Positions 1 to 9,718 of a stretch of DNA of 22,891 bases are shown piece by piece. Location: NCBI GenBank assembly GCA_015522145.1, contig WAMV01000005.1:1-22891 (forward strand), given 5' to 3'. This DNA is from Candidatus Aenigmatarchaeota archaeon. Lineage in GTDB: Archaea > Aenigmatarchaeota > Aenigmatarchaeia > CG10238-14 > WAMV01. The notes under the pieces are model-generated. The model had not been told where the DNA came from, did no database searches, and was given only the letters and a program-made list of their open reading frames with translations. Position numbers and translations under genes: made by a program. Position 1 is the first letter of the stretch. Each line of letters opens with the position of its first letter.

Positions 1-170
1 CTTTCAAGTTTAGCAGCCCTGTGAACTATTTGCCTTTTTTGTTCTATTTTGCTCTTATAGGTATGATATCTTATTACAATGTTAGAAAGAAGCTTATTGT
101 TGTTTTAGATGTAACTATATCATTTTTCTTGGTATGGTTTGTAGTATGGACTCTGTTACTTAATCTGTAG
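1..170 (+). CDS. 3' end of a small membrane protein, EMC6-like/DUF5379-type (partial, runs off window start)
   Basis: Open frame from nt 3 reads FKFSSPVNYLPFLFYFALIGMISYYNVRKKLIVVLDVTISFFLVWFVVWTLLLNL* (TAG 168-170). Two hydrophobic segments and a C-terminal WFVVWTLLLN resembling archaeal EMC6-like proteins. Confidence 0.55.
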   Translation, partial: FKFSSPVNYLPFLFYFALIGMISYYNVRKKLIVVLDVTISFFLVWFVVWTLLLNL

Positions 171-392
171 TAGCTGTAGAAGTTTTTTTGCTGCATAAAT
201 ATGGCTACATTCTTTTTGTTTTAAAGAAAAGTACTTACAATCACAACTCCAGATTTTTTTGTCTTTATAATAGATAACATCATGATTTTCTTTAGTTCCC
301 TTAACAGAAAAATGAATTCTTTTATTTGTGATTATTTCTATACTAACTTTCTTTTTCCTGAATAAGAAATAACCTTTTTCGCTTTTCTTCAT
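156..392 (-). CDS. SWIM zinc finger protein
   Basis: WSCDC...ECSHIYAA matches the CxCxnCxH SWIM motif, preceded by the typical beta strands. Confidence 0.8.
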   Translation of the reverse strand: MKKSEKGYFLFRKKKVSIEIITNKRIHFSVKGTKENHDVIYYKDKKIWSCDCKYFSLKQKECSHIYAAKKLLQLLQIK

Positions 393-420
393 TAATTAAT
401 GATTGGATTAAAAATAATTT

Positions 421-1005
421 ATGAGACTAACAAATCTATTGGTCATCATAAATATTGTGGTGTTTTTTATTTGGCCCTTCCTTAACATTTCTCTAAACGA
501 TATAGGGTTTAGTGCAAAAAATTTCTATGAGGGAAAATATTACACAATACTTTCCGCGATGTTTATTCATGGAGACATTTTACATTTGTTTTATAATATG
601 TTCTTCCTCTTTTTCATAGGTAACGCTTTAGAGGCTAAAGTTGGAAGATTAAAATTTTTGACAATTTACATTTTTTCTGGTGTAGTCTCTTATGTACCGT
701 TTTTCATAAGGTTTTTTGGCTATGAATACGATACCATAGCTATAGGAGCCTCTGGAGCTATTTCTGGGTTAGTTGGGTATGGTTTTATAGCCACACCCTG
801 GCTGGTTGTGATTATACCTCCAGGATATGCATTACCTCTTTTTATTTTTGGATTTTTGTACTTTTTTTCTAATGTTTTGAACATTTTTGCACCTTCACAA
901 ATAGCCTATGCTGCTCATGTTTTTGGATTCTTAGGTGGGTTAATTTTAGGAATATTAGACAGATTTAAAAAGCGTTCAAAGAAAATTAATTACTATGTAT
1001 ATTGA
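421..1005 (+). CDS. Rhomboid family intramembrane serine protease
   Basis: Multi-TM protein with HGDILHLFYNM, catalytic GASG and AAHVFGFLGG motifs. Confidence 0.93.
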   Translation: MRLTNLLVIINIVVFFIWPFLNISLNDIGFSAKNFYEGKYYTILSAMFIHGDILHLFYNMFFLFFIGNALEAKVGRLKFLTIYIFSGVVSYVPFFIRFFGYEYDTIAIGASGAISGLVGYGFIATPWLVVIIPPGYALPLFIFGFLYFFSNVLNIFAPSQIAYAAHVFGFLGGLILGILDRFKKRSKKINYYVY

Positions 1006-1945
1006 CATTAAAGAGCAGTTGATAAAAACAGTAAAGGAAATTAAAGCTAGAGGATTTGTTAAAATATTAGTTCAGATTCCAGATGGTTTAAAAAGAGATG
1101 CGCTGGAATTACTGAAGATTTTCGATGAAAACGATATAGAAGCTCATTTGTGGGTAGAGAACACATATGGGGCTTGTGATATGCCCATTCATAGAGCCAA
1201 AGCCTATGGTTATGATGCTATAGTACATATAGGTCACACAGATTTTGGGGTTAAAACAGACTTACCACTTTTTTACGTTGAATTTTATTATGATTTGGAT
1301 CCTACGGAAATTTTAGAAAAAAATCTTTCAAAATTAGAAAAATACAAAAACATAGGTTTAGTTGCCAGTCTACAATTTCTAAAATCTTTAGATAAGGCAA
1401 AAACTTATTTGGAGGGTGTTGGGAAGAAAGTTTTTGTTGGAAAAGCGAGTAATATGTATGCAGGCCAAATATTAGGCTGTAATGTTATGGCAGGTCTAGA
1501 AGTTGAGAGAAAGGTCGATTGTTTTATTTGTATAGGGGCTGGCAAATTTTATGGTTTAGGATTAGCTTTAATGACAGACAAGCCAGTATTCAATCTAGAT
1601 TTTGATAAAAAATCTTTGGAAATTTTGGACAAAACAAAATACGAAAGGATGATAGCTTGGAATTTGGCCAAATTTGAAGAAGTTAAGAAGGTTGGAGTGG
1701 TTATAAGCACCAAACCAGGACAATATTTTGATGTGCAAACTATTAAGAAATTTTTGGAATCTTTTGGTAAAGAAGTGTTTGTCCTGATTGGAGATGAAAT
1801 TACACCTGAAAAAATTGAGGGAATGGGTATAGAGTTCCTAGTTAATACCGCATGTCCAAGAATAGGATGGGATGATATGGAAAGATATCCAATACCAATC
1901 ATCAACTACACAGATTTGGTAAAACATTTAAAAAACAAAGCATAA
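995..1945 (+). CDS. dph2: Diphthamide biosynthesis Fe-S enzyme Dph2
   Basis: QIPDGLK, YGACD, HIGH, GQILGC, STKPGQ and TACPRI motifs; three cluster-binding Cys. Confidence 0.95.
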   Translation: MYIDIKEQLIKTVKEIKARGFVKILVQIPDGLKRDALELLKIFDENDIEAHLWVENTYGACDMPIHRAKAYGYDAIVHIGHTDFGVKTDLPLFYVEFYYDLDPTEILEKNLSKLEKYKNIGLVASLQFLKSLDKAKTYLEGVGKKVFVGKASNMYAGQILGCNVMAGLEVERKVDCFICIGAGKFYGLGLALMTDKPVFNLDFDKKSLEILDKTKYERMIAWNLAKFEEVKKVGVVISTKPGQYFDVQTIKKFLESFGKEVFVLIGDEITPEKIEGMGIEFLVNTACPRIGWDDMERYPIPIINYTDLVKHLKNKA

Positions 1946-1954
1946 TAAGCTAAT

Positions 1955-2218
1955 ATGGACTTCAACATTTTGGAAAAGGAAAAAGATAAAATTTTGATAG
2001 AGTTTCCAACAGAGGGTTATACACTTCTAAACCCTATAGTAGAGGAACTATGGAAAGAAAAAGAGGTGTTGGAGGCCACTGTCATTAAAGAGCATCCTTT
2101 TCTATCCACATCCAAACTTTGGTTAGTTGCCCCAAATCCAAAAACTAAGCTCAAAAAAGCTACTGAACGTCTGTTAAAAAATATTGCACAGCTTCAAGAA
2201 GCTCTTAAGAAAATCTAG
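1955..2218 (+). CDS. rpoL: DNA-directed RNA polymerase subunit L (Rpo11)
   Basis: 87 aa; EGYTLLNPIVEELW and EHP motifs typical of RpoL/Rpb11. Confidence 0.85.
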   Translation: MDFNILEKEKDKILIEFPTEGYTLLNPIVEELWKEKEVLEATVIKEHPFLSTSKLWLVAPNPKTKLKKATERLLKNIAQLQEALKKI

Positions 2219-2715
2219 CAAACCTTTTCACCGAATTCTTCTAACAAAGATTGTTTTATGTATATAGGAGAATTTGTCCTGACGGCTAGGGCTATACCAT
2301 CACTGGGTCTTGAATCAAGCTGTAAAACTTGGTTGCCCTTTCTTAATATGATTTGGCCTATAAAAGTGTTATTTCTTACATCATCTATTTTTACACCCAA
2401 GACTCTTATACCAAATTTGTCCAAAACTTCCTTCATTATATCATGAGTTGTTGGCCGAAACATTATTTGTTTTTTTATACCAAGCTCAATAGATCTAGCC
2501 TGGCTAGTTTCGGTTCTGGCTATCAATCTATAACACTCTGAAGATAAGGAAACTACTCCCACGTTGTTAATTACTGCAGCATCAGGATAAACTTGAACAT
2601 AACCTTCTAAATCTATTAGGTAAGGATATTCTATTTCTCCAACATTTTGTGAGTTTTGAGAAAACAAAAGAATAACAATAGAAAGAATCAGTACCAACAA
2701 ACCAAGCTTTTTCAT
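2215..2715 (-). CDS. Bifunctional nuclease family (DUF151) protein with N-terminal signal/membrane anchor
   Basis: RPTTHD and LDSRPSDGIALAVR motifs; N-terminus MKKLGLLVLILSIVILLF is a basic + hydrophobic signal. Confidence 0.88.
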   Translation of the reverse strand: MKKLGLLVLILSIVILLFSQNSQNVGEIEYPYLIDLEGYVQVYPDAAVINNVGVVSLSSECYRLIARTETSQARSIELGIKKQIMFRPTTHDIMKEVLDKFGIRVLGVKIDDVRNNTFIGQIILRKGNQVLQLDSRPSDGIALAVRTNSPIYIKQSLLEEFGEKVC

Positions 2716-2752
2716 AAAACTTATTTGTTAATATTAACATATAATAGATTAT

Positions 2753-3190
2753 ATGGGTTTCAAAGCAATCTCACCTTTGGTTGCCGCAGTGCTATTGGTT
2801 GCTATTACCATGACCATTGCTGGAATGCTGGCGTTTTGGGCATCAACTTTTATAAAAACTCAGACAGAAACTTTTGAAAATCAAACACAACAAACAAAAT
2901 GTAGTTTTGCTAGCGTTGATATTTTCGATTGTTCTTATGATACTTCATCTGGAACCCTGACCCTGGTTTTGCAAAACACTGGTGGTATAGCCTTACAGAA
3001 TTTGACAGCTAACGTACTTTATTCTGATAAAACAACCACTTCTCACACTTTAGAAGGAAAACTTGGTCTCGCTGAAATAAAGTCATTCCAGATTAGTTTG
3101 GCCCCCAACAAATCTATATCTCAAGTAATAGTTGGTTCTGCAGAGTGTCCAAACATGCCTACAGCAAGCTCAAGATGCAGTGTGTCTTAG
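2753..3190 (+). CDS. Archaeal type IV pilin-like protein
   Basis: Class III signal peptide KA|ISPLVAAVLLVAIT; beta-rich head with several Cys. Confidence 0.9.
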   Translation: MGFKAISPLVAAVLLVAITMTIAGMLAFWASTFIKTQTETFENQTQQTKCSFASVDIFDCSYDTSSGTLTLVLQNTGGIALQNLTANVLYSDKTTTSHTLEGKLGLAEIKSFQISLAPNKSISQVIVGSAECPNMPTASSRCSVS

Positions 3191-3227
3191 CTTAATTTTA
3201 TTATCTGATTTTAGCTAAGATTAATTA

Positions 3228-3695
3228 ATGAAAGGAATTTCAGTTATAGTTTCAGCCGTTTTGCTAATAGCCATAACAGTTGCTGTAGCAAGCATTCTTA
3301 ATGTTTGGATCCTTAGCTTTTCAAAAACACAAACCTCTGAAATTGGGAGCAGGGCCGAGGAGAGTATAACTTGTAGCTATGGGGCTATAAGCTTGAGAGA
3401 CTTAAGATTTCAGAGCGCTACAAATGAGCTTCAAGGTAAAATTGTTAACACAGGAAACATAAAATTGGGGGATTTGGTTTTGTATGTAATTTATGATAAT
3501 GGAACTCTCTCTCAAAACCCTCTTTGCGAAGCTGGTAATAGTGTTGTTGTATGTAGCTCTTCAAATCTAACCCTTAAACCAAGTGAGCTTGCGTTATTCA
3601 AACTTAAAATTGGATCTAACTATGATAGCGTTAGAATATCAACTAACTGTACTGGGGTTTATGATGAAGTTAGCAAAGGCGATATATTAAGCTAA
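3228..3695 (+). CDS. Archaeal type IV pilin-like protein
   Basis: Class III signal peptide KG|ISVIVSAVLLIAIT; NTG motif and several Cys. Confidence 0.9.
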   Translation: MKGISVIVSAVLLIAITVAVASILNVWILSFSKTQTSEIGSRAEESITCSYGAISLRDLRFQSATNELQGKIVNTGNIKLGDLVLYVIYDNGTLSQNPLCEAGNSVVVCSSSNLTLKPSELALFKLKIGSNYDSVRISTNCTGVYDEVSKGDILS

Positions 3696-4523
3696 AATCA
3701 GATACACACCAACTCCTATGAAAGTAAGTACTACACTATGCTTAATTCCTGCTATAACTGAACCTTCACTCATCTTACCCACTATGAGGCCAGCGAATAA
3801 GCCTTGTAGGAATATGAGGTTTCTGAGAACTATTTTAAACTCAGCTACTATAGCTTCAGGTGTGCCAAATCCCTGAACATTTGGTATGCTAGTCTGCAAG
3901 CTTGGTATCAGGAATTTTTCCAGTCCTATGACTACGCCGAGAAACACAAAAAATATGACATAACCAGTTATCATTTGGGTTTGTAAGTACATTTTTCTTT
4001 CCATTCGTAATCGTTCAATTTCCAAGGCTGTAGAGCTTAAAGCATCAAACGTCTCGACAATATCCCCACCATACCTATGACTTTCTATAACTGAAGCAAC
4101 AAGCCTAGAAATAAATCTAGAATTAACTTCCTTAGCAAAGTTTGTTAGAATTTTTTCAATAGGTATTCCCCATTCTATTTGTGCAGCTATTTTTTTTACG
4201 TAGGGTGTGAGACTTTTGTAATCGTTTTTGGATACAAGCTTTAAGGCTTCTGTGAGCGTAAAACCACCTCTTACAGCTTCTACCAAATCTGTTAGGAATG
4301 CAGGAAACATGTCTTCAATCTCCTTTTTTCTTCTATAATTTGAGTAGAATAAAATCAGAATTGGAATAACTGTTGCAAAGCTACCAAAAAACAGTATAAT
4401 AGTATAGAGAAGTCTGTAGCTTGAAAACAAATAAGCTAAAGTAAGGGTTATTACTGCTAAAGTTGCGGAAAGAGCTATAACTATAAACTCTTTAATTCCT
4501 ACTTTGATTTTTGGCATCTTCAT
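3687..4523 (-). CDS. Type IV pilus platform protein (TadC/T2SS-F family)
   Basis: IEDMFPAFLTDLVEAVRGG and YGGDI motifs flanked by TM helices; start overlaps upstream stop (ATGA). Confidence 0.9.
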   Translation of the reverse strand: MKMPKIKVGIKEFIVIALSATLAVITLTLAYLFSSYRLLYTIILFFGSFATVIPILILFYSNYRRKKEIEDMFPAFLTDLVEAVRGGFTLTEALKLVSKNDYKSLTPYVKKIAAQIEWGIPIEKILTNFAKEVNSRFISRLVASVIESHRYGGDIVETFDALSSTALEIERLRMERKMYLQTQMITGYVIFFVFLGVVIGLEKFLIPSLQTSIPNVQGFGTPEAIVAEFKIVLRNLIFLQGLFAGLIVGKMSEGSVIAGIKHSVVLTFIGVGVYLILA

Positions 4524-5389
4524 ATTTCAACCTCTATAACACTCAGGAATAATAAAAACCCTATGTTTATTACTGGTACCAAAACATATGTGCTTAGTTT
4601 TGTTAATGTCACTATGTCAAACCCAGCTAAGGTGGGTTGAAACATTGCTAGCACACCAAACAGAGCAACTATAATTAGAGGTGCGGCTATAAGTATGCCT
4701 GTATAAAACTCAGCATACGTAGCTAACTGATTAATAAATTTCTGTCTTTTAGTCCTCCACTCAAATAGTGTCTGCTCAGATAGAACCTTCAAATACTGTT
4801 TGATGTTTCCACCAGCTTCTATTGTTGAGACAAATCCAATCAACACTTCTTTAAATCTGTCGCTGGGAGTTCTTTGGGAAACTTCTCTTATTGCTGTTAA
4901 AGGGTCTTGACCAAAAACTTCTATGTTCCTAACAATTTTTTCAAACTCTCTAGAGATTTCTCCATACTCTTTAAACTTTGATATTATTTTGAAGAGGTGT
5001 TGAGGAGGGACCCCAGATTGAGCTATGGCTCCCATGTGTGTCAATACAAAAGGTAAGTTAGTCTCTATATCTCTTTTCCTTCTTATAGTTTTTTCTATAG
5101 GATAAAACACTCCAATTAAGAAAACCATCAAGAATAATATAACTGGTAGAAAAATGAACGCTGCTATGTTTATGAGAGGAGACCAATTAAACATCCTAGA
5201 AAGCCAGTACAGAAACGGTATAAAAATTATGTTGGCTATAACACCATACAAAATTAAACATGAAACGTAAACTTTTGTGGGAACCCTAATGTCTGCTTTT
5301 ATCAGGTAGTCTGTTAGAAATTCAAGTTGAGGCGCTATCATATCTACCAAATTTCCAAAGAGCTTTGAAGCCAGAGAAGATAGTATCAT
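4520..5389 (-). CDS. Type IV pilus platform protein (TadC/T2SS-F family)
   Basis: IETNLPFVLTHMGAIAQSG, TPS and AGGNI motifs. Start placed at ATG 5389 (ATGA overlap with ATPase stop, purine-rich GGGGAG upstream) rather than 5413. Confidence 0.9.
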   Translation of the reverse strand: MILSSLASKLFGNLVDMIAPQLEFLTDYLIKADIRVPTKVYVSCLILYGVIANIIFIPFLYWLSRMFNWSPLINIAAFIFLPVILFLMVFLIGVFYPIEKTIRRKRDIETNLPFVLTHMGAIAQSGVPPQHLFKIISKFKEYGEISREFEKIVRNIEVFGQDPLTAIREVSQRTPSDRFKEVLIGFVSTIEAGGNIKQYLKVLSEQTLFEWRTKRQKFINQLATYAEFYTGILIAAPLIIVALFGVLAMFQPTLAGFDIVTLTKLSTYVLVPVINIGFLLFLSVIEVEI

Positions 5390-7128
5390 ACCATCTCCCC
5401 TATTAACGACCAAACACTAATCAACTTTCTTTTGATTTTTCGAGGAACACTAACCTGAATTTTAGCTTTTTCTTTAACTTCCTCTTTTTCTTGTTCTATT
5501 ACATCCTTACTTTTTTTCTCTATACCTATCTTTTGCAGTATTTTTTCTGGATCTTTATAGTAAGTTCTTATTATTTCTGTGACTTCTCTAAAGTCTTTTA
5601 TACCATTCTCCAACATCCACAAAAGGATTTTTTCCCTTATTTTTAGCTCCCTGTAAACATCTTCTAACCTTTCTCCGTATTTTTTGGCAAAGGCTTTTAT
5701 TTTATAACTCTCACCAACCTTCTTTATTTTTTTCTCCATGGCATCCCACTCAAAAACTTTACTATACTTAACTCTATCTTCACTCTCATCGTAACCTATT
5801 ATTTCTGTAATTTCCTTTACTATTCTAGCACTAGATCCCTTTTCCTTAACGAAGGACATTATGATTATAACATCTAAACTTTCTAACAGGCTTGGTGACA
5901 GGGAAATTGGTGGAGTTATAAGCCTTCTGATAACTCCTTCTACAGAGCTAGCGTGAAAGGTACTCATGCTACTGTGCCCAGATGCCATTCCCTGGAACAT
6001 AACATAAGCTTCTTTTCCTCTAACCTCTCCTACTATAACATAATCAGGATTTTGTCGGAAGCTTTCCTTTAAGAGCTCAAATAAAGAAACAGCACCATAT
6101 TTTTCGCCTGTTGGAAGCAATGCTCCAAAACCAGGTCTAGCTAGTGTTGGTACCCAATGTTCATGGGTAAGCATAAGCTCTCTTGTGTCCTCTATGGTCA
6201 CTATTTTTGCTTCTGGTTTGATAAACATAGAAATTGAGTTGAGAAAAGATGTTTTTCCAGTTGAGGTCCCTCCAACAATTAAGATGGATGCTCTTTTCTC
6301 AACCAAATACCATAAGTAAGCCATTACTTCAGCAGAAGCTGTGCCTAACTCTATTTGTTCTACTGGTGAGAAGGGTTTTTCTCTAAATTTTCTTATTGTG
6401 AAAGTTGGGCCTTTGGTGGCTACGTCTGAAGCAAGAGTTGCTGCTACTCTGGACCCATCTGGTAGTGTTGCATCTAATATTGGTTCGGCATAACTAACGT
6501 ATCTGCCTGCTCTCTCAGCCAGCTTAACAACCAACTCTCTAAGTCTCTCAACATCATCTATAACAATGTTTGTTCTTAAGGTACCATAAATTCTGTGGAC
6601 TACGTAAATAGGTATGCCTACCCCATCACAGCTAATATCCTCTATATTAGGGTCGTTAAGCACAGGGTCTATTTCATTATAACCTATAAAATCCCTGTAA
6701 ATGTAGTACATTATTTTAACGAACTCAGACTTATCTAGCTTGATTCCTAAATCTTTGATTATTCTCAAAACATTTTCTTCCAAGTATTTCAAAGCATTTT
6801 CTAAATTTTTTACTTTGCTCATACTTACATCTACTGTTTGCATCAAACCTTCAACAATTTTTTTGTATTTCTTTTTCTCTATTTCATCCAGCTTGGGCTC
6901 GATTACATTGTAAATCAGCTGGTTTAGCTGAGGGTCAAATTTTATGTTTACATAGACAAAGGGTTCTATAATAGGATATGTCACATCTACAGTTGTTATA
7001 TCTTTTGGTTTTTTTAGCTCGTAAAACATAGAAACTTTCTTTTTGATTTCAAAACCAGGTAAAGACAGTTCTCTACTTTCTTTTAAAATTTTCTTGATTT
7101 TTCTATACAACAAGCCTTTGAGAGGCAT
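5386..7128 (-). CDS. Type II/IV secretion/pilus assembly ATPase (FlaI/TadA family)
   Basis: Walker A GGTSTGKT, Asp box TIEDTREL, RQNPDYVIVGEVRG, His box GH...TFHA. Confidence 0.95.
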   Translation of the reverse strand: MPLKGLLYRKIKKILKESRELSLPGFEIKKKVSMFYELKKPKDITTVDVTYPIIEPFVYVNIKFDPQLNQLIYNVIEPKLDEIEKKKYKKIVEGLMQTVDVSMSKVKNLENALKYLEENVLRIIKDLGIKLDKSEFVKIMYYIYRDFIGYNEIDPVLNDPNIEDISCDGVGIPIYVVHRIYGTLRTNIVIDDVERLRELVVKLAERAGRYVSYAEPILDATLPDGSRVAATLASDVATKGPTFTIRKFREKPFSPVEQIELGTASAEVMAYLWYLVEKRASILIVGGTSTGKTSFLNSISMFIKPEAKIVTIEDTRELMLTHEHWVPTLARPGFGALLPTGEKYGAVSLFELLKESFRQNPDYVIVGEVRGKEAYVMFQGMASGHSSMSTFHASSVEGVIRRLITPPISLSPSLLESLDVIIIMSFVKEKGSSARIVKEITEIIGYDESEDRVKYSKVFEWDAMEKKIKKVGESYKIKAFAKKYGERLEDVYRELKIREKILLWMLENGIKDFREVTEIIRTYYKDPEKILQKIGIEKKSKDVIEQEKEEVKEKAKIQVSVPRKIKRKLISVWSLIGEMV

Positions 7129-7131
7129 AAT

Positions 7132-7413
7132 CTATTCTCTATGTTTCTTTCTAACAGATATACCAGGCTTAACATATCCTCTAAACCTTGAACATTCTAA
7201 GCAAACTCTAAGTTTTTTCTTGAACGTGTGCATATACTTTGGGTCAATTTGTTTTTTAAGCGTGGGATCGTTTAACCCAAAAGATCTATAAACAACGATT
7301 GTTTTGTACTTAGGAACCAATTTGTGGCAGTAATCACAGTGTACTCTTACTTCTCTTCCTCTTTGTTTTGTATGTTGATACGTTCTTTTATATGGAGCTT
7401 CGCTTACAGGCAT
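7132..7413 (-). CDS. rps26e: 30S ribosomal protein S26e (eS26)
   Basis: RGREVRVHCDYCHKLVPKYK...CLECSRFRG matches the eS26 zinc-binding pattern. Start at ATG 7413 with SD GGTGA at 7418-7422; ORF-track extension to 7494 is unlikely. Confidence 0.85.
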   Translation of the reverse strand: MPVSEAPYKRTYQHTKQRGREVRVHCDYCHKLVPKYKTIVVYRSFGLNDPTLKKQIDPKYMHTFKKKLRVCLECSRFRGYVKPGISVRKKHRE

Positions 7414-7480
7414 AAACTCACCTAAATCTATGTTGTATTTTTGTAAATTTAAATCAACACCTTTAAATAAATTTTTAGTT

Positions 7481-7762
7481 ATGAAATATCCCAAAGAGGT
7501 TTTAACTAAATCTAAGACAGGAAAGATTGAGGCAAGAATTCTGGAAGAAGAAGGCCAATACTATATTTATAGTTACGAAGACATCGCTTCTGGTAAAAAA
7601 GAAAATAAGACAAAATTAATTCTGAAAAACCAGGACAAACATAAAGAGTTTTTCTTAATTCCACTTAAAGAAAGGGGTAAATTTTTGGCTTTAGAATCTG
7701 AGCCTAAAGATGAAATAGCTGTCTGGGACCCAAAAACTAAAAGTGTAAGAAAAATAATTTAG
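7481..7762 (+). CDS. Hypothetical protein (93 aa)
   Basis: ATG at 7481 (MKYPKEVLTKS...) avoids overlap with rps26e; typical composition; 3 bp before archease. Confidence 0.65.
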   Translation: MKYPKEVLTKSKTGKIEARILEEEGQYYIYSYEDIASGKKENKTKLILKNQDKHKEFFLIPLKERGKFLALESEPKDEIAVWDPKTKSVRKII

Positions 7763-7765
7763 TAT

Positions 7766-8179
7766 ATGAAGTACGAGCTCTGGGATATTACAACTGCAGA
7801 CGTAGCTTTTATCGCCTATGGCAAGAGTTTAGAGGAATTAATGGCCAACTCAGCCTATGCTATGTTTGATATAATGGTTGATTTGAAGGATGTCGAGCCT
7901 AAGGAAGAAAGAGTTGTAGAGGTTGAAGGAGAAGATTATGAAGAAATGTTGTTCAATTTTTTAAATGAGCTTCTTGTTTTTTACGGTGCTGAAAATCTTA
8001 TTTTTAGTGAGTTTGAGGTTAAAATAGATGGCAACAAACTTAAAGCTGTTGCTAAAGGCGAAGTTTTTGATGAAAATAAACACAAAAGTAAGATAGAGGT
8101 TAAAGCAGCCACCTATCACAAAATGAGAGTTTGGCAAGAAAATGGAATTTGGAAAGCAAGCGTTATTCTTGATATCTAA
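7766..8179 (+). CDS. Archease (RtcB cofactor)
   Basis: TADV...YGKSLEEL, EVKAATYH and C-terminal LDI motifs. Confidence 0.95.
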   Translation: MKYELWDITTADVAFIAYGKSLEELMANSAYAMFDIMVDLKDVEPKEERVVEVEGEDYEEMLFNFLNELLVFYGAENLIFSEFEVKIDGNKLKAVAKGEVFDENKHKSKIEVKAATYHKMRVWQENGIWKASVILDI

Positions 8180-9630
8180 CCTTTAACAACACCTATGGGC
8201 ACAAGCCTGACTATTGGTCTTGCTATTCCTGCCTCTTTACATACTCTAACAACTTCGTCAACATCCTTATATACGCCTGGGGCCTCCTCAGCAACTCCAC
8301 GCCAACTACCAGCTTTTACTAAAATGCCTTTATTTGCTAATTCTTGCACTACTCTCTCACCTCTATATTCTCTTAATGCTCTAGCCCTAGACTTCACTCT
8401 ACCTGCTCCATGAGCTATGCTAGCAAAAGTAATCTGCTCAGATTTATCAGTACCTATTAATATATAGCTTGCTGTTCCCATGCTTCCAGGAATCAAAGCT
8501 GGTTGGCCAAAAGATTTGTAATCTTTAGGTACATCTTTCCATTTTGGACCAAAAGCACGGGTAGCACCTTTCCTGTGCACTAAAACTTTTCTTTTCTTTC
8601 CATCTATTTCATGTTCCTCTAGCTTTGCCATGTTGTGTGTAATGTCGTAAACTATATTCATAGCCATATCCTCTGGCTCCATTTTGAAAACTTGTTTAAA
8701 ACTTTCCCTAACCCAGTGGGTTATCATCTGCCTATTAGCAAATGCAAAATTTGCTGCAGTGTTCATAGCAGCAAAATAATCATAAAATAGCCTGGTACCA
8801 GAAGGTGCAAAAGCTAACTCCCTGTCTGGCAACTTTCTTAACAAATCTCTATACTCCCTTTCCATCATTTGTAAATAATCTGTAGCTACTTGGTGTCCAA
8901 AGCCCCTACTGCCACAATGAATCATAACTGTTACTTGTCCTTCTTTGAATATTCCCATAGCTTTAGCTATTTCAGGTTCAAATATTCTGTCAACTTTTTG
9001 AACCTCTAAGAAATGATTACCTGCTCCCAAAGTTCCTAGTTGAGGTGCACCCCTTTTCATTGCTTTCTCAGAAACTTTGCTAGGATCAGCGTATTGCTCT
9101 TCTGTACCCTTATCTTCTATATGCTCCAAATCCTTCTCCCACCCATAGCCATTCTCTACAGCCCATTTAGCACCATACTTAAGAACTTCCAACAATTGCT
9201 CCCTGCTTAGCTTGACTTTTCCTCCTCTTCCAACACCACTAGGCACATTAACAAAGATAACATCTAACAATTGCTTTAGTTTTGGCCTAACGTCTTTTTC
9301 TTCAAAATTAGTTGTTAATACACGTACGCCACAATTTATGTCAAAACCCACACCACCAGGGCTTATGCCGCCATCATCATAGCTTATGGCTGCCACACCA
9401 CCAATCGGGAAGCCATAGCCGGTATGCATGTCTGGCATGGTAACAATATGCTTTTGCACGCCAGGCAAGCAGGCAACATTTGCTGCTTGCTCTATGGCAG
9501 CGTCTTCCACAGCTTCTAGCAACCTTTCAGATAAAAAGAATCTAGATGGTGTATTCATACAAGGCTTAGTACCTTTAGGTAATTCCCATTCATAATCTCC
9601 AACACGCCTTAGCTTTTCTTTCCACACCAT
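8176..9630 (-). CDS. rtcB: tRNA-splicing/RNA repair ligase RtcB
   Basis: PDMHTGYGFPIGG, GFDINCG, GNHF, HCGSRG, HN, HRKGATRAF and HGAGR all intact; no intein. Confidence 0.98.
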   Translation of the reverse strand: MVWKEKLRRVGDYEWELPKGTKPCMNTPSRFFLSERLLEAVEDAAIEQAANVACLPGVQKHIVTMPDMHTGYGFPIGGVAAISYDDGGISPGGVGFDINCGVRVLTTNFEEKDVRPKLKQLLDVIFVNVPSGVGRGGKVKLSREQLLEVLKYGAKWAVENGYGWEKDLEHIEDKGTEEQYADPSKVSEKAMKRGAPQLGTLGAGNHFLEVQKVDRIFEPEIAKAMGIFKEGQVTVMIHCGSRGFGHQVATDYLQMMEREYRDLLRKLPDRELAFAPSGTRLFYDYFAAMNTAANFAFANRQMITHWVRESFKQVFKMEPEDMAMNIVYDITHNMAKLEEHEIDGKKRKVLVHRKGATRAFGPKWKDVPKDYKSFGQPALIPGSMGTASYILIGTDKSEQITFASIAHGAGRVKSRARALREYRGERVVQELANKGILVKAGSWRGVAEEAPGVYKDVDEVVRVCKEAGIARPIVRLVPIGVVKG

Positions 9631-9718
9631 ATTTGAATTATTTTAGTTAGATTTTATTTAAAACTTAGTTTACTAAATCAAAATCTTTAAATTGTTAAAA
9701 ATTGTTCAACATAATGTA

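Noticed and set aside
1549..2877. Shadow ORFs 1549-1905, 2258-2446, 2353-2541, 2656-2877
   Set aside because: Antisense to or overlapping well-supported genes, with no recognisable motifs.
3185..3220. 8-bp inverted repeat TCTTAGCT/AGCTAAGA between the pilin genes
   Set aside because: Short and AT-rich; expected by chance and no other support.
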